Assembly: GCA_022749935.1 (NCBI GenBank)
Contig: JAKIWQ010000004.1
Coordinates: 2,286 to 66,285, forward strand
Source of the DNA: Thermoplasmata archaeon
GTDB lineage: Archaea; Thermoplasmatota; Thermoplasmata; Lutacidiplasmatales; UBA184
DNA: 64,000 nt
Direction of reading: 5' to 3'
The translations under genes were made by a program, and so were the position numbers. Shown piece after piece: positions 1 to 9,560 of the stretch (positions within the stretch are counted from its first letter, which is position 1; every line of letters begins with the position of its first letter). A model generated the notes under the pieces. That model was not told the DNA's origin, did no database searches, and was given only the letters and a program-made list of their open reading frames with translations.

Positions 1-19
1 GACTCCCCTGCGTGGGTCG

Positions 20-922
20 ATGCGGGTCACCTTCCTTGGGACCGCCGGCTCATGGCCCACCAAGGAGCGCTCGGCGAGTGCGATCGCGCTGGACACCGAG
101 AAGGAGCTCATCCTCCTCGACTGCGGCGAGGGCACCCAACGCCAGTTCTTCCAGTCCTCGGCCTCGTTCATGCGGGTCCGCCGGATCTTCCTCACGCACT
201 TCCACGGCGACCACTTCCTCGGCCTGCCGGGACTCATCCAGAGCATGGGACTCAACAACCGGACCGAGCCGATCGACATCTACGGCCCTCCGGACGCCGA
301 GGAGATGGTCGGGCGGGCGCTCCGAATGGGATACTTCACGCTCCGGTTCCCGGTGACCGTCCATCCCCTCCAAGCGGGCGAGTCCGTCGAGCTGGACGGC
401 TACACGGTGCGCACCGCGAAGGCCGATCACCCGGTGCCCGCACTCTCCTTCCGGGTCGAAGAGGGGCCGAAGCGGGGACGGTTCAACGGAGAGCTGGCGC
501 ACTCGCTCGGCCTCCAGGGCCGTGACTTTGCCCGGTTGGAGGCAGGGGAGTCGGTACGGGTGGGGGAGCGGCTCGTTCAGCCCTCCGAGGTGATGGGTCC
601 TCCGCGCCCGGGACGTTCGGTCGTCTACTCCGGCGATACCGCGCCCTCCGACGAGGTGCGTCGTCTCTCCCATCGCGCGACGCTCCTGATCCACGAGGCG
701 ACGGCGGCGCAGGACCTCGAGGAGGAGGCGAACGCGTGGGGACATTCGTCCGCCCGTCAGGCGGCCGAACTCGCCCTCTCGGCCGAGGTGGGGCTCCTCT
801 ACCTCACCCACTTCTCCTCCCGGTACAAGGAGCTCGAGCCGCTCGAGAACGAAGCGCGCATCGTCTTCCCCGGCTCGCACGCGGCGCGCGACCTCCTCGA
901 CCACCTCATCCACCAGCCATGA
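20..922 (+). CDS. rnz: Ribonuclease Z (tRNA 3' processing, metallo-beta-lactamase fold)
   Basis: FLGT...P start, DCGEGTQRQ, THFHGDH metal motif, exosite insertion, YSGDT, HEAT, GHS and THFSSRY motifs. Confidence 0.95.
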   Translation: MRVTFLGTAGSWPTKERSASAIALDTEKELILLDCGEGTQRQFFQSSASFMRVRRIFLTHFHGDHFLGLPGLIQSMGLNNRTEPIDIYGPPDAEEMVGRALRMGYFTLRFPVTVHPLQAGESVELDGYTVRTAKADHPVPALSFRVEEGPKRGRFNGELAHSLGLQGRDFARLEAGESVRVGERLVQPSEVMGPPRPGRSVVYSGDTAPSDEVRRLSHRATLLIHEATAAQDLEEEANAWGHSSARQAAELALSAEVGLLYLTHFSSRYKELEPLENEARIVFPGSHAARDLLDHLIHQP

Positions 923-2184
923 TTGTCGCGGACCTCCTGGTCACCGGGATCGCCGAGGCGGCCACGCTCGCACGGGGGCCCATCCCGCGGACCCGTGCCT
1001 CCGCCGGGGAGCTCACCCGCGTACCGAACGCGGCGGTCGCGGTCCGGGACGGCCGCTTCGCTTGGATCGGGCCGGAACGACGGGCCTCGCGTTCCGTGCG
1101 GCTTCGACCGGGAGGAGCCCGGGTCGACGCGGCCGAAGGCACGCTGGTGCCGGGCCTCGTGGACGCCCACAGCCACGTCCTCTTCGCTGGGGACCGGGCC
1201 TTCGAACTCGAACTCAAGGCCCGGGGAATGACCTACCCGGAAATCGCCCGCCGGGGCGGAGGCATCCTTTCGACGGTGCGGGCGACGCGGCGCGCCTCAC
1301 CGGAGCGACTCCTGGAGGAAACGACGGTTCGACTCCGAGCCATGGCGCTCGCCGGGTCGACCTCGGTCGAGGTGAAGACCGGGTACTCCCTCACTCCCCG
1401 CGGAGAGGTCGAGCTCCTCCGTCTCATCCCTCGACTCGCCCAACGCACGGGCCTCCGGCTGGTCCCCACCTTCCTCGGGGCGCATGCGATCCCTCCGGAA
1501 GCCCACGGGAACGGCGATGCGTATGTCGACCGCCTCATCCGTCAGGCGCTTCCCGTCATCGCGCGAGAACGCCTCGCCCGCTTCGTGGACGTGTTCTGCG
1601 AACCGGGGTTCTTCTCGGTGCGCACGTCCGAGCGGCTCCTCCGGGCCGCGATGTCGCTCGGCCTCGGGGTGAAGGTCCATGCCGACGAATTCGTTCGCTC
1701 CGGCGGGGCACGCCTCGCGGCCCGGCTCGGCGCCCGTTCGGCGGAGCATCTCCTCGCGGCGAACACCGACGACATGGTCGCGCTCGCACGCGCCGGAGTC
1801 ACCGCGGTGCTCCTCCCCATCACGGCCTTCGCGTCCACCGCGTCCCGCCGGTCGCCGGCGCGCGAGCTCGTGGACGCCGGAGTGCCGGTGGCGCTCGGGA
1901 CCGATTGCTCTCCGAACTCCTGGGTCGAGTCGATGCCGCTCGCGATCGCCCTCGCGGTCCATGGCGGCCGGCTCTCACCGGCGGAGGCGCTCACCGCGGC
2001 GACCGTGAACGCCGCCCACGCCGTGGGTCTCGAGGACGCGGGGAGGGTCGAGGTCGGACGCCCGGCCGATTTTGCGATTTTCCCGGTCCCCGACGCCGAC
2101 CACCTGGGGTACCGGTTCGACGTGCGTCCGAACGTCGTTTTCCGTCAGGGAAAACCGGTTTCTTCGAGGACACTCCGTCAGTAA
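919..2184 (+). CDS. hutI: Imidazolonepropionase (amidohydrolase)
   Basis: PGLVDAHSH, GGGILSTVRATR, EVKTGYSL, DVFCE, KVHADE, AEHL and VALGTD motifs; ATG at 919 overlaps the rnz stop (ATGA). Confidence 0.9.
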   Translation: MIVADLLVTGIAEAATLARGPIPRTRASAGELTRVPNAAVAVRDGRFAWIGPERRASRSVRLRPGGARVDAAEGTLVPGLVDAHSHVLFAGDRAFELELKARGMTYPEIARRGGGILSTVRATRRASPERLLEETTVRLRAMALAGSTSVEVKTGYSLTPRGEVELLRLIPRLAQRTGLRLVPTFLGAHAIPPEAHGNGDAYVDRLIRQALPVIARERLARFVDVFCEPGFFSVRTSERLLRAAMSLGLGVKVHADEFVRSGGARLAARLGARSAEHLLAANTDDMVALARAGVTAVLLPITAFASTASRRSPARELVDAGVPVALGTDCSPNSWVESMPLAIALAVHGGRLSPAEALTAATVNAAHAVGLEDAGRVEVGRPADFAIFPVPDADHLGYRFDVRPNVVFRQGKPVSSRTLRQ

Positions 2185-2193
2185 TTCTAAATA
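2185..2193 (+). promoter_or_regulatory. Putative TATA box for the small basic protein gene
   Basis: AT-rich TTCTAAATA in high-GC DNA, ~37 nt before ATG 2230; GAGGT SD-like sequence at 2218-2222. Confidence 0.5.
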
Positions 2194-2229
2194 GTGGGGC
2201 TCTCCCTCTCGCCGGTCGAGGTCGCCCAC

Positions 2230-2445
2230 ATGGCGGAACGCGTAGGCAAAGAGCAATCCAAGCGAGAGAAGGGATACCTGTACTACCTCGGGAAAGACGG
2301 GTACCTCTGGAAGACACCCACGAAGCTGAACAAGTCGGGAAAGAAGGGTCGCGTCGGTACGGAGAAGATCACCCGGGCCGACGGGTACATGTATTTCCTC
2401 GACAAGAAAGGCTTCATCTCCCGCGCCAAGATGAAGAACGCCTAG
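2230..2445 (+). CDS. Small basic two-repeat protein (71 aa), function unknown
   Basis: MAERVGKEQSKREKGYLYYLGKDGYLWK...RVGTEKITRADGYMYFLDKKGFISRAKMKNA; SD-like motif, own TATA-like box and downstream terminator-like element. Confidence 0.85.
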   Translation: MAERVGKEQSKREKGYLYYLGKDGYLWKTPTKLNKSGKKGRVGTEKITRADGYMYFLDKKGFISRAKMKNA

Positions 2446-2450
2446 GATAG

Positions 2451-2518
2451 GCCCCACCCCTTCTGGGGCTCTCTCCCTCGGGAGAGGGCCCAATCGACAC
2501 CCCGATTCTTTCTTTCTC
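2451..2518 (+). terminator. Hairpin(s) plus pyrimidine tract after the small basic protein gene
   Basis: GGGCTCTCTCC-CTCG-GGAGAGGGCCC 11-bp stem (2466-2491, one G-U) followed by TTCTTTCTTTCTC (2506-2518). Confidence 0.5.
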
Positions 2519-2580
2519 GCCCGGACGTACCGACCACCGTTCCTTATAGCCGGTACGATTCCTATCGCCGAGAACCTCGT

Positions 2581-2754
2581 ATGGGATGCCGAAACGATCC
2601 GGACGATCCCCGGAAGTGCGAGCGGTGCGGCGCCTTCCTCTGGGTCGCGGAGGAAGGACTCTACTGCGGGGAGTGTGGGTCGATCATGCCGTGCACGATG
2701 CGCGTCCTTCCGCCCCCTCCTGAAGCGGCGCGAGCGGTTCCTCCACCCCGGTAG
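2581..2754 (+). CDS. Small zinc-ribbon protein (57 aa), absent from the ORF track
   Basis: Hand translation: MGCRNDPDDPRKCERCGAFLWVAEEGLYCGECGSIMPCTMRVLPPPPEAARAVPPPR*; two CxxCG knuckles; TTATA at 2544-2548. Confidence 0.65.
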   Translation: MGCRNDPDDPRKCERCGAFLWVAEEGLYCGECGSIMPCTMRVLPPPPEAARAVPPPR

Positions 2755-2787
2755 TGGGGACGCTTCCCCTCGCGGCCGCGGAGGCCC

Positions 2788-3810
2788 TCAGGCTGGGACG
2801 ACGCCCACCGGAACGGGGAGCGGTCCCGACACCGGCCGGTAGTGCCGCCACAACGTGAGGAAGAACAGCCCGACGACCGCGTCCAGCAGCAGGACGATCG
2901 GGAGGAACCATTGGGCGAACAACCCGAAGACGAGGAGAGGGAGGAGGATCCCGACCGCGAGGGAGATCATCTGCGGCTCGTTCGCCGCCCGACCGATCCC
3001 CTGCCAGATCACCAGGAAGAGGAGGGCGGTCAGGGCGAGGTCGACGCCCCCCGCGACGAACGCGGGCAGGTGGAGGTCCCCCAGGAATCCGGGGACGGCC
3101 ACGAGGAGGAGGAAGTACGATAGACCGAGAAGGAAAAAAGTCCGAGGGAGCCGTCGGGGTCCGGGACTCGGCGGGTCGAGCCGCCCGGCGGGCAAACGCC
3201 AGGCCACGACCCACAAGAGACCCGCCGCGACGGCAGCGAGCACCAAGAGGAGGGCGCCGGCGGAGTAGTGAACGGCGTACGCAAGCACCGAGATGTCGAG
3301 CGCGTAGACGGCGACGGTCAGCGACAGTCGGTACCCCGTCAGAAAGGGCCGACCCCGCGTCGCGGGGAGCGCGAGTCCGAGGAGCACGATCGGAAGTCCG
3401 ACGCTGTAGACCATGTGGACACCGAGGACCCCGAGGAGCCAGACCCAGCTGACCCCGTAGGCGTGCCCGTAGGTGCCGAGCCCTCCGACCACCGAGGCCC
3501 TCGGGTTGAACAAGGTCGCGAGGGCCGTTCCCTCCTCGAGGAGTCCGTAGGCGCCGCCGAGGAGGAGGACCGTTGACCAACCTTTGTTCCAACGGACGTG
3601 CGCCTCGCGGACGAGAAGGACGCCGGGTCCGTAGAGGCCGAGGTTGAGGGCGAGGAAGAGGAAGAACCCTCCCGGTGCGAGGACGACCGGCCAGACGGCG
3701 GTCGAGCCCGAGAGGTACTCCGGGATGCCCGGCGTGAACGCGAAGAGCAAGAGCACCGGATGGCGGCGGAAGAATGCGATGACGCGGGGGAGGATCGGGG
3801 AGATCGCCAC
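2788..3810 (-). CDS. Polytopic membrane protein, unknown function
   Basis: About 10 hydrophobic segments; 'PEYLSGS' and 'YGLLEEG' motifs. Confidence 0.8.
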   Translation of the reverse strand: MAISPILPRVIAFFRRHPVLLLFAFTPGIPEYLSGSTAVWPVVLAPGGFFLFLALNLGLYGPGVLLVREAHVRWNKGWSTVLLLGGAYGLLEEGTALATLFNPRASVVGGLGTYGHAYGVSWVWLLGVLGVHMVYSVGLPIVLLGLALPATRGRPFLTGYRLSLTVAVYALDISVLAYAVHYSAGALLLVLAAVAAGLLWVVAWRLPAGRLDPPSPGPRRLPRTFFLLGLSYFLLLVAVPGFLGDLHLPAFVAGGVDLALTALLFLVIWQGIGRAANEPQMISLAVGILLPLLVFGLFAQWFLPIVLLLDAVVGLFFLTLWRHYRPVSGPLPVPVGVVPA

Positions 3811-4217
3811 CGTACGTCATCTCGGCCGGCCCGCTACTTAGACCCTCGTCGGCGAACGGGCCCTCCGCCGGGGGGGAATTTCTTCTCGGACCAATTCGTG
3901 AGGTCCGCGTCGGGTCTGGGTGCGGCTCCGGACTTACTCCGGAACGGTCGGGACGGTTCGGCCGACGCATTCCGGTCGTCTTCGCCGACAGTTCCGGCAG
4001 AGTGTCCTTATAGCAGAGCGCGCTTGGACGGACCCGGAGGGTTAAGACAGGTGTCCCGGGCGGCACCCCTCGCGCCTCATCCCATCACCGGCGGAAGTGG
4101 AACGCTCTCTCTCCGAGAGCGTTTCACGACCACGAGGTCGAACAGGGATTAGTCTGCGCGCGGTGGGACTGTCGCTTGAGATCGGACACCTCGTTCGACT
4201 CTCCGGAGTGGTCCTCA

Positions 4218-7001
4218 ATGGCCGTATCCAAGAAGCGCCCAACGTCCTCGTCCGACGCATCGGTCCCGCGGCCGGTCAGCCGGATGGGCCGCGAACCGAT
4301 TCCGGTCCCTCGACTCGTCCCCCGCGGCAAGACCGCGTTCGACTCCGTCACCTGGCGCACGCATGACGCTGTGATCAAGAACGCCGAAGGGAAGGTCATC
4401 TTCGAGCAGAAGGGGATCCGAGCTCCGGCGTCGTGGTCCGAAACGAGCGTCAACATCGCCGCGTCGAAGTATTTCCGCATCATCGGCGGCCGGCGCGAGA
4501 GCTCGGTCGACGGGATGATCCGCCGCGTCTGCCACTGGATGGCCGAGCGGGGTCTCGAACTCGGGTACCTCGAGACGAACGAGGAGGTCGCGACCTTCGA
4601 GGAGAGCCTCTCCTACCTCATGGTGCAGCAGATGGCGGCGTTCAACAGCCCCGTCTGGTTCAACGTCGGGGTGCGCGAACCGCCCCAGTGTTCGGCCTGC
4701 TTCATCCAGTCGGTCGCCGACGACATGGACTCGATCCTCGCGCTCGCCACGAGCGAGGGACGCCTCTTCAAGGGAGGGAGCGGCACCGGTTCCAACCTCT
4801 CCGCCCTCCGGGGAAGTCACGAGCGTCTCTCTGGCGGCGGGATCGCCTCCGGACCGGTCTCGTTCATGCGGGCGTTCGACGCGCTCGCCGGCGTCATCAA
4901 ATCCGGCGGGACGACCCGTCGCGCGGCGAAGATGGTCATCCTCAACATGGACCACCCCGACATCGTCGACTTCATCGAGTGCAAGGTCAAGGAGGAGGAG
5001 AAGGCCCTCGCCCTGATCCGCGAGGGGTACTCGTCCAACTTCGACGGCACCGACCCCGACTCCGCGTATGCGTCCATCGCGTACCAGAACGCCAACCACT
5101 CGGTCCGCATCCCGGACTCCTTCATGGAGGCGGTGATCCGGGACGGCGAGTGGAAGACCTCGAACCGGACCGACCACTCGGTGGCGGCGACCTTCCGGGC
5201 CCGCGAACTCTGGCGGAAGCTGGCCTACGCGGCCTGGCGGTGCGGCGACCCCGGCGTGCAGTTCGACGACCACACGAACGACTGGCACACGTCCCCGAAC
5301 TCGGGCCGGATCAACGCCTCCAACCCGTGCAGCGAGTACCTGTTCCTGGACGACACGGCGTGCAATCTCGCGTCCATCAACCTCATGAAATTCCTGGACC
5401 CGAAGGGAACGTTCGACGTGGAACTGTTCCGGCAGTCGGTCCGCACGATGATCCTTGCGATGGAGATCCTCGTGGACGCCTCGAGCTACCCGACCCCCTC
5501 CATCGCCCAGAATTCGCACGACTACCGGCCCCTCGGGCTCGGCTACGCCAACCTCGGTTCGCTCCTCATGCACTACGGGCTCTCGTACGACTCCGAGGCC
5601 GGTCGAACGCTCGCCGCGGCCGTCTCGGCGCTCCTCTCGGCCGAGGGGTACCACATGTCGAGCGAGATCGCCAAACGGGTCGGACCTTTCACCGGATTCG
5701 AGAAGAACCGTGCCCCGATGCTCCGGGTCATGAGCAAGCACGCACGGGCCGCCCAGGAAGTGCCCGTGAACGACCCCCGCCTCACCCCGTTCGTCACGGC
5801 CGCCGCGGACCGGTGGCACGACACGGTCAAGGCCGGAGAGCTCTGGGGCTACCGGAACGCCCAGATCTCGGTCATCGCCCCCACGGGGACGATCGGGTTG
5901 CTCATGGGATGCGACACGCTCGGCCTCGAACCCGAGCTCTCCCTCGTCAAGACGAAGAACCTCGTCGGGGGCGGGGTCATGCGGATGGTCAACCGAACCG
6001 TGCCGGACGGTCTGGCCGCGCTGGGGTACGCCCCCGAGGAGATTCGGGAGATCGCCGCGTACCTCGAGCGGACCGGCACCATCGAAGGGGCGCCGGGGCT
6101 CGAGGCCGACGACCTCGGGGTCTTCGACTGTGCGCTCGCGCCGGCCGGGGGGACCCGGACCATCGCTCCGATGGGGCATCTCAAGATGCTCGGGGCGGTC
6201 CAACCGTTCCTCTCCGGAGGCGCGTCCAAGACGATCAACCTCTCGAGCGATGCCACGGTCGAGGACATCGAGAAGATCTACCTCGAAGCCTGGCGCCTTG
6301 GGATCAAATCGGTCGCCCTCTACCGCGACGGATGCAAGGCCTCCCAGCCGTTCGAGACCGGCCAGGGAAAGGCGGTGGTCGGGGACCCGCGCGGGGCGGC
6401 CCGGGAACGCCTCCCGGACCAGCGCAAGGCCCTCACGCACCACTTCCAGGTCGGCGGCCACGACGGGTACGTGACGGTCGGGCTCTATCCCGACGGACGG
6501 CCCGGCGAAATTTTCGTCCGGGTCACGAAGGAAGGGTCCACCGTCAACGGGCTCATGGATTCGCTCGGGATCTCGATGTCGATGGCGCTCCAGCACGGGG
6601 TCCCGCTCCGTGACCTCGTCCGGAAGCTCGCCCACCTCCGCTTCGAGCCGGCGGGTGCGACCAACAACCCGAAGATCCGGTTCGCGAAATCGATCCCGGA
6701 CTACGTCGCGCGGTGGCTCGCGTTCGAGTTCCTGACCGAGGCCGACCGGCAGGCGATCGGCCTCGAGGCCGCCGCCGAGGGCGGCAACGGGCATGCCGCC
6801 GCGGGCCCGTCCGCGAAGGGATCCCCGAGCCAGACAGTGAAGTTCGAGACGAAACCGCTCGACTCGTTCGTTCCCGGCTCCGGCCCGATGGGCGGGGTCA
6901 GCGAGGACTCTCCGTCCTGCCACATCTGCGGCGGGATCATGGTCCGCTCGGGCACGTGCTACGCGTGCACCGTCTGCGGCGCGACGAGCGGCTGCTCCTA
7001 G
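4218..7001 (+). CDS. nrdJ: Adenosylcobalamin-dependent (class II) ribonucleotide reductase with C-terminal TSCPD-like domain and Zn ribbon
   Basis: FNSPVWFN, QCSACFI, GGTTRRAAKM, NASNPCSEY (thiyl Cys), RPLGLGYAN, IAPTGTI, YRDG; C-terminal CHICG...CTVCGATSGCS; no intein seen. Confidence 0.95.
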   Translation: MAVSKKRPTSSSDASVPRPVSRMGREPIPVPRLVPRGKTAFDSVTWRTHDAVIKNAEGKVIFEQKGIRAPASWSETSVNIAASKYFRIIGGRRESSVDGMIRRVCHWMAERGLELGYLETNEEVATFEESLSYLMVQQMAAFNSPVWFNVGVREPPQCSACFIQSVADDMDSILALATSEGRLFKGGSGTGSNLSALRGSHERLSGGGIASGPVSFMRAFDALAGVIKSGGTTRRAAKMVILNMDHPDIVDFIECKVKEEEKALALIREGYSSNFDGTDPDSAYASIAYQNANHSVRIPDSFMEAVIRDGEWKTSNRTDHSVAATFRARELWRKLAYAAWRCGDPGVQFDDHTNDWHTSPNSGRINASNPCSEYLFLDDTACNLASINLMKFLDPKGTFDVELFRQSVRTMILAMEILVDASSYPTPSIAQNSHDYRPLGLGYANLGSLLMHYGLSYDSEAGRTLAAAVSALLSAEGYHMSSEIAKRVGPFTGFEKNRAPMLRVMSKHARAAQEVPVNDPRLTPFVTAAADRWHDTVKAGELWGYRNAQISVIAPTGTIGLLMGCDTLGLEPELSLVKTKNLVGGGVMRMVNRTVPDGLAALGYAPEEIREIAAYLERTGTIEGAPGLEADDLGVFDCALAPAGGTRTIAPMGHLKMLGAVQPFLSGGASKTINLSSDATVEDIEKIYLEAWRLGIKSVALYRDGCKASQPFETGQGKAVVGDPRGAARERLPDQRKALTHHFQVGGHDGYVTVGLYPDGRPGEIFVRVTKEGSTVNGLMDSLGISMSMALQHGVPLRDLVRKLAHLRFEPAGATNNPKIRFAKSIPDYVARWLAFEFLTEADRQAIGLEAAAEGGNGHAAAGPSAKGSPSQTVKFETKPLDSFVPGSGPMGGVSEDSPSCHICGGIMVRSGTCYACTVCGATSGCS

Positions 7002-7008
7002 AACGGGT

Positions 7009-8610
7009 TCAGTCGGCGCCCCGGGACGTAGCCGAGACCGGCGCCGGTTCCCCGCGCTTCTCCACCGAGGGCGCACCGCTCGCCTCGCCGGTGCGGGTCC
7101 CGTCGGCGTGGAACCGATAGTTCCGGAGGGCGAGCGAGACGACCGCCCCGAGGATCCCGATGCTCGCGGTGAGGGCGAAGACGAACTCGTAGCCCGCGAG
7201 ATGGTAGTTCGTGAAGGCGACGACCGCCGGCGGCGGGTTCGGGTTGGGCACGAGGAACGAGTACCCGTACTCGGCGAGGATGGACGTGACGAGGACGGGG
7301 CCGAGCGCCGACCCCAGGTTCCGGAACGTCTGGTTCATGCCGGTGTGTACGCCGACCGCCCGTCGGTCCACCGAGAGGACGATGATGTTGGACATGGAGA
7401 TGAGCACCCCCACGTTCCCGACCATCATCGGCACGGCCAGGACCGCGACCTCGTACGTCGTCCGGTTGAACGCGAGCAGCCCGAGGGAGCCGAAGGTGAT
7501 CAGCAGGAAGCCGAGGACCATCACGGGCTTCGGGCCATACCGGCTGATCATCCGCCCGAGGAGGGGACCGAACGCCATCATCCCGATGACGGCCGGTACG
7601 AGCACGAGGCCCGCGTTCAGTTCCTTGAGGCCGAACCCGGGCGCGGGGTACTCGCCGAGGATGATGAGGATGGTGAAGAGGAGGAACATCGCCATCCCGA
7701 CCATCACCCCGTTCAGGTTGGAGACCCAGATGTTCCGCTGACGGAGCTCCTGGAACGAGACGACCGGACTCGGGGCCCGGGGCTCCCACCACAGGAAGAC
7801 GATGAACGAGGCCGCCGCGATCAGAAAGAACTCGGGGACGCCCCACGTGACCCCGCCGACCGAGCCGCCGGTGAAGTTCGTCCAGCCCCAGTACGCTCCC
7901 TCCGTGATCCCGAGCATCGCGAACGTGAGTCCGATCCCGAGGCTCGTGACCCCGACGAAGTCGATTCTGCGGGTCGCACGGACCGTCGACTCCCGCAGGA
8001 GGACGGCGGCGAGCACGAAGACGACCAGGGCGAGCGGGATGACCGTGTGATAGGTCAGCTGCCACCCGTAGGTCTGAGCGATCCAACCCCCTCCGACCAG
8101 TCCGAGGGCCGCCCCGCCCGCGAACATTCCCGAGAGGACCCCTTGCGCCTGACCGACCTGGGCGGGCGGGAACACCTCCGGCAACATCGCGAACCCGAGA
8201 GGGAACATCGCCATCCCGACCCCCTGGAGCGCCCGGACCGCGATGAGGAGGTAGATCTGGTTCGGACGGGTGACGCCGATGAGGTCCCCGATATTGGGCG
8301 TGAATCCGGCGATGCTGACCGCGACGGCGTAGACGCCCATCGCGACCAGGAGCATCTTCTTCTTGCCGTAGATGTCCCCGAGCTTGCCGAAGATCGGGGT
8401 GACGACGACCCCGACGAGCAGGTAGGCCGAGAGGATCCAGGCGATCGTGCTGGCGTCCCGGACCTGGAAGAACGTCTCGAAGTTGCTGAAGGCGGGGAGG
8501 ACCATCGTCTCGACGTAGGTCACCATGAGCGCCATGGCCGCGAGGATGCCGAGGACCACTCGGCTGTACCGCCGGTCGAACACGGGCGGGGGCGACGGGG
8601 AGGCGCTCAC
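7009..8610 (-). CDS. MFS drug:H+ antiporter (DHA2-like)
   Basis: Motif A GKLGDIYGKKK and many TM segments; GTG start at 8610 overlaps the MarR stop. Confidence 0.9.
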   Translation of the reverse strand: MSASPSPPPVFDRRYSRVVLGILAAMALMVTYVETMVLPAFSNFETFFQVRDASTIAWILSAYLLVGVVVTPIFGKLGDIYGKKKMLLVAMGVYAVAVSIAGFTPNIGDLIGVTRPNQIYLLIAVRALQGVGMAMFPLGFAMLPEVFPPAQVGQAQGVLSGMFAGGAALGLVGGGWIAQTYGWQLTYHTVIPLALVVFVLAAVLLRESTVRATRRIDFVGVTSLGIGLTFAMLGITEGAYWGWTNFTGGSVGGVTWGVPEFFLIAAASFIVFLWWEPRAPSPVVSFQELRQRNIWVSNLNGVMVGMAMFLLFTILIILGEYPAPGFGLKELNAGLVLVPAVIGMMAFGPLLGRMISRYGPKPVMVLGFLLITFGSLGLLAFNRTTYEVAVLAVPMMVGNVGVLISMSNIIVLSVDRRAVGVHTGMNQTFRNLGSALGPVLVTSILAEYGYSFLVPNPNPPPAVVAFTNYHLAGYEFVFALTASIGILGAVVSLALRNYRFHADGTRTGEASGAPSVEKRGEPAPVSATSRGAD

Positions 8611-9098
8611 GAGTCCTCCGCCGGCGGATCTATCTGAGGACGGTCGAGACGCTGGCGGATCTCGCGGAACACGCGGGTGGCGGTCGCGACGTCCTCCCGG
8701 GAGAGGTCCGCCGTCGCACCTTCCATCACGTGCCCGATCGCCCGCCACAGCCGGGCTTCCGCGCGCCGGCCCGCCGGCGTGAGCGTGAGCTCGACCGCGC
8801 GTCGATCCTGCTCGGAGCGGTGCCGGGCGACCAGCCCATCCCGGACGAGGAGGTCGATGTTCACACAGACGGTCGGAGGAGCGACCGAGAGATGACGCGC
8901 GACCGAGGTCAGCGAGGTCCGGCCGAGGCTCGAGACGAGGTGGAGCGCCCAGAACTGGCCCATCGTGATCCCCACGTCCTCGAGGGTCGGCTGGAGTTCC
9001 CGCAGGACCGACCGCATCACCTCATGGACCGACCCGACGAGGTCGTCGGGTCCGCTGGTCGAAACCGCCTCGCGCGCAACCCGACTTGCCACCGACAT
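8607..9098 (-). CDS. MarR-family transcriptional regulator
   Basis: ITMGQFWAL...VARHLSVAPPTV...DRRAVELTLTPAGR winged-helix signature; coupled to the MFS gene. Confidence 0.92.
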   Translation of the reverse strand: MSVASRVAREAVSTSGPDDLVGSVHEVMRSVLRELQPTLEDVGITMGQFWALHLVSSLGRTSLTSVARHLSVAPPTVCVNIDLLVRDGLVARHRSEQDRRAVELTLTPAGRRAEARLWRAIGHVMEGATADLSREDVATATRVFREIRQRLDRPQIDPPAEDS

Positions 9099-9103
9099 GG
9101 GAC

Positions 9104-9132
9104 CTTAATTATTCTGGACCAGAATAATTAAG
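9104..9132. promoter_or_regulatory. Perfect 14-bp inverted repeat, probable MarR operator
   Basis: CTTAATTATTCTGG-A-CCAGAATAATTAAG between a minus-strand TATA (TTATATTT, 9133-9140) and the marR ATG (9098). Confidence 0.8.
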
Positions 9133-9152
9133 AAATATAAGCATTGGGGCCG

Positions 9153-9560
9153 CTACTCGAGCGCGAACCGAGCGAGCTCGACCACGTCGTCCAAGCGGGG
9201 ATGCTCGTCGTCCGGCACGGGACCCGCCCCCCAGACGGCGACGATCGCTCCCCCCGGAAACGCCGGGTCCCGTCCGGCGTGGACCGCCCCGAGGGCGGAC
9301 GGCACCCCTCGGCGGTCGAGGGCCAGGAGGAGGACGAGCGCTCCCACGGGCCCCGAATCGACCATGACCCCTCCGTCCCGTTCCGAACCCCACTCCTCCA
9401 CGCGGGCCTGCTCGTCCCGGAGCCGGGCCATCCGACCCCGACGGGTCTTGGGTCGCGGCGGCGATCGGGGAGCGGGTGTCCACTCGATCCGTTGACCGGC
9501 GGAACGAAATCGACTCCGAAGTCCGGGATTCACGGGCAGGGGCGGGTCGTCGGCCGTCAT
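9153..9560 (-). CDS. Hypothetical protein (~135 aa)
   Basis: ATG at 9560 overlaps the stop of the upstream gene (ATGA); fills the gap; no recognised motif. Confidence 0.55.
   Translation of the reverse strand: MTADDPPLPVNPGLRSRFRSAGQRIEWTPAPRSPPRPKTRRGRMARLRDEQARVEEWGSERDGGVMVDSGPVGALVLLLALDRRGVPSALGAVHAGRDPAFPGGAIVAVWGAGPVPDDEHPRLDDVVELARFALE

Noticed and set aside
4130-4200. Cobalamin riboswitch upstream of nrdJ
   Set aside because: AACAGGGA and ACTGT look superficially similar, but the P4 T-loop and B12-box architecture cannot be built; kept only as an unassigned structured leader.
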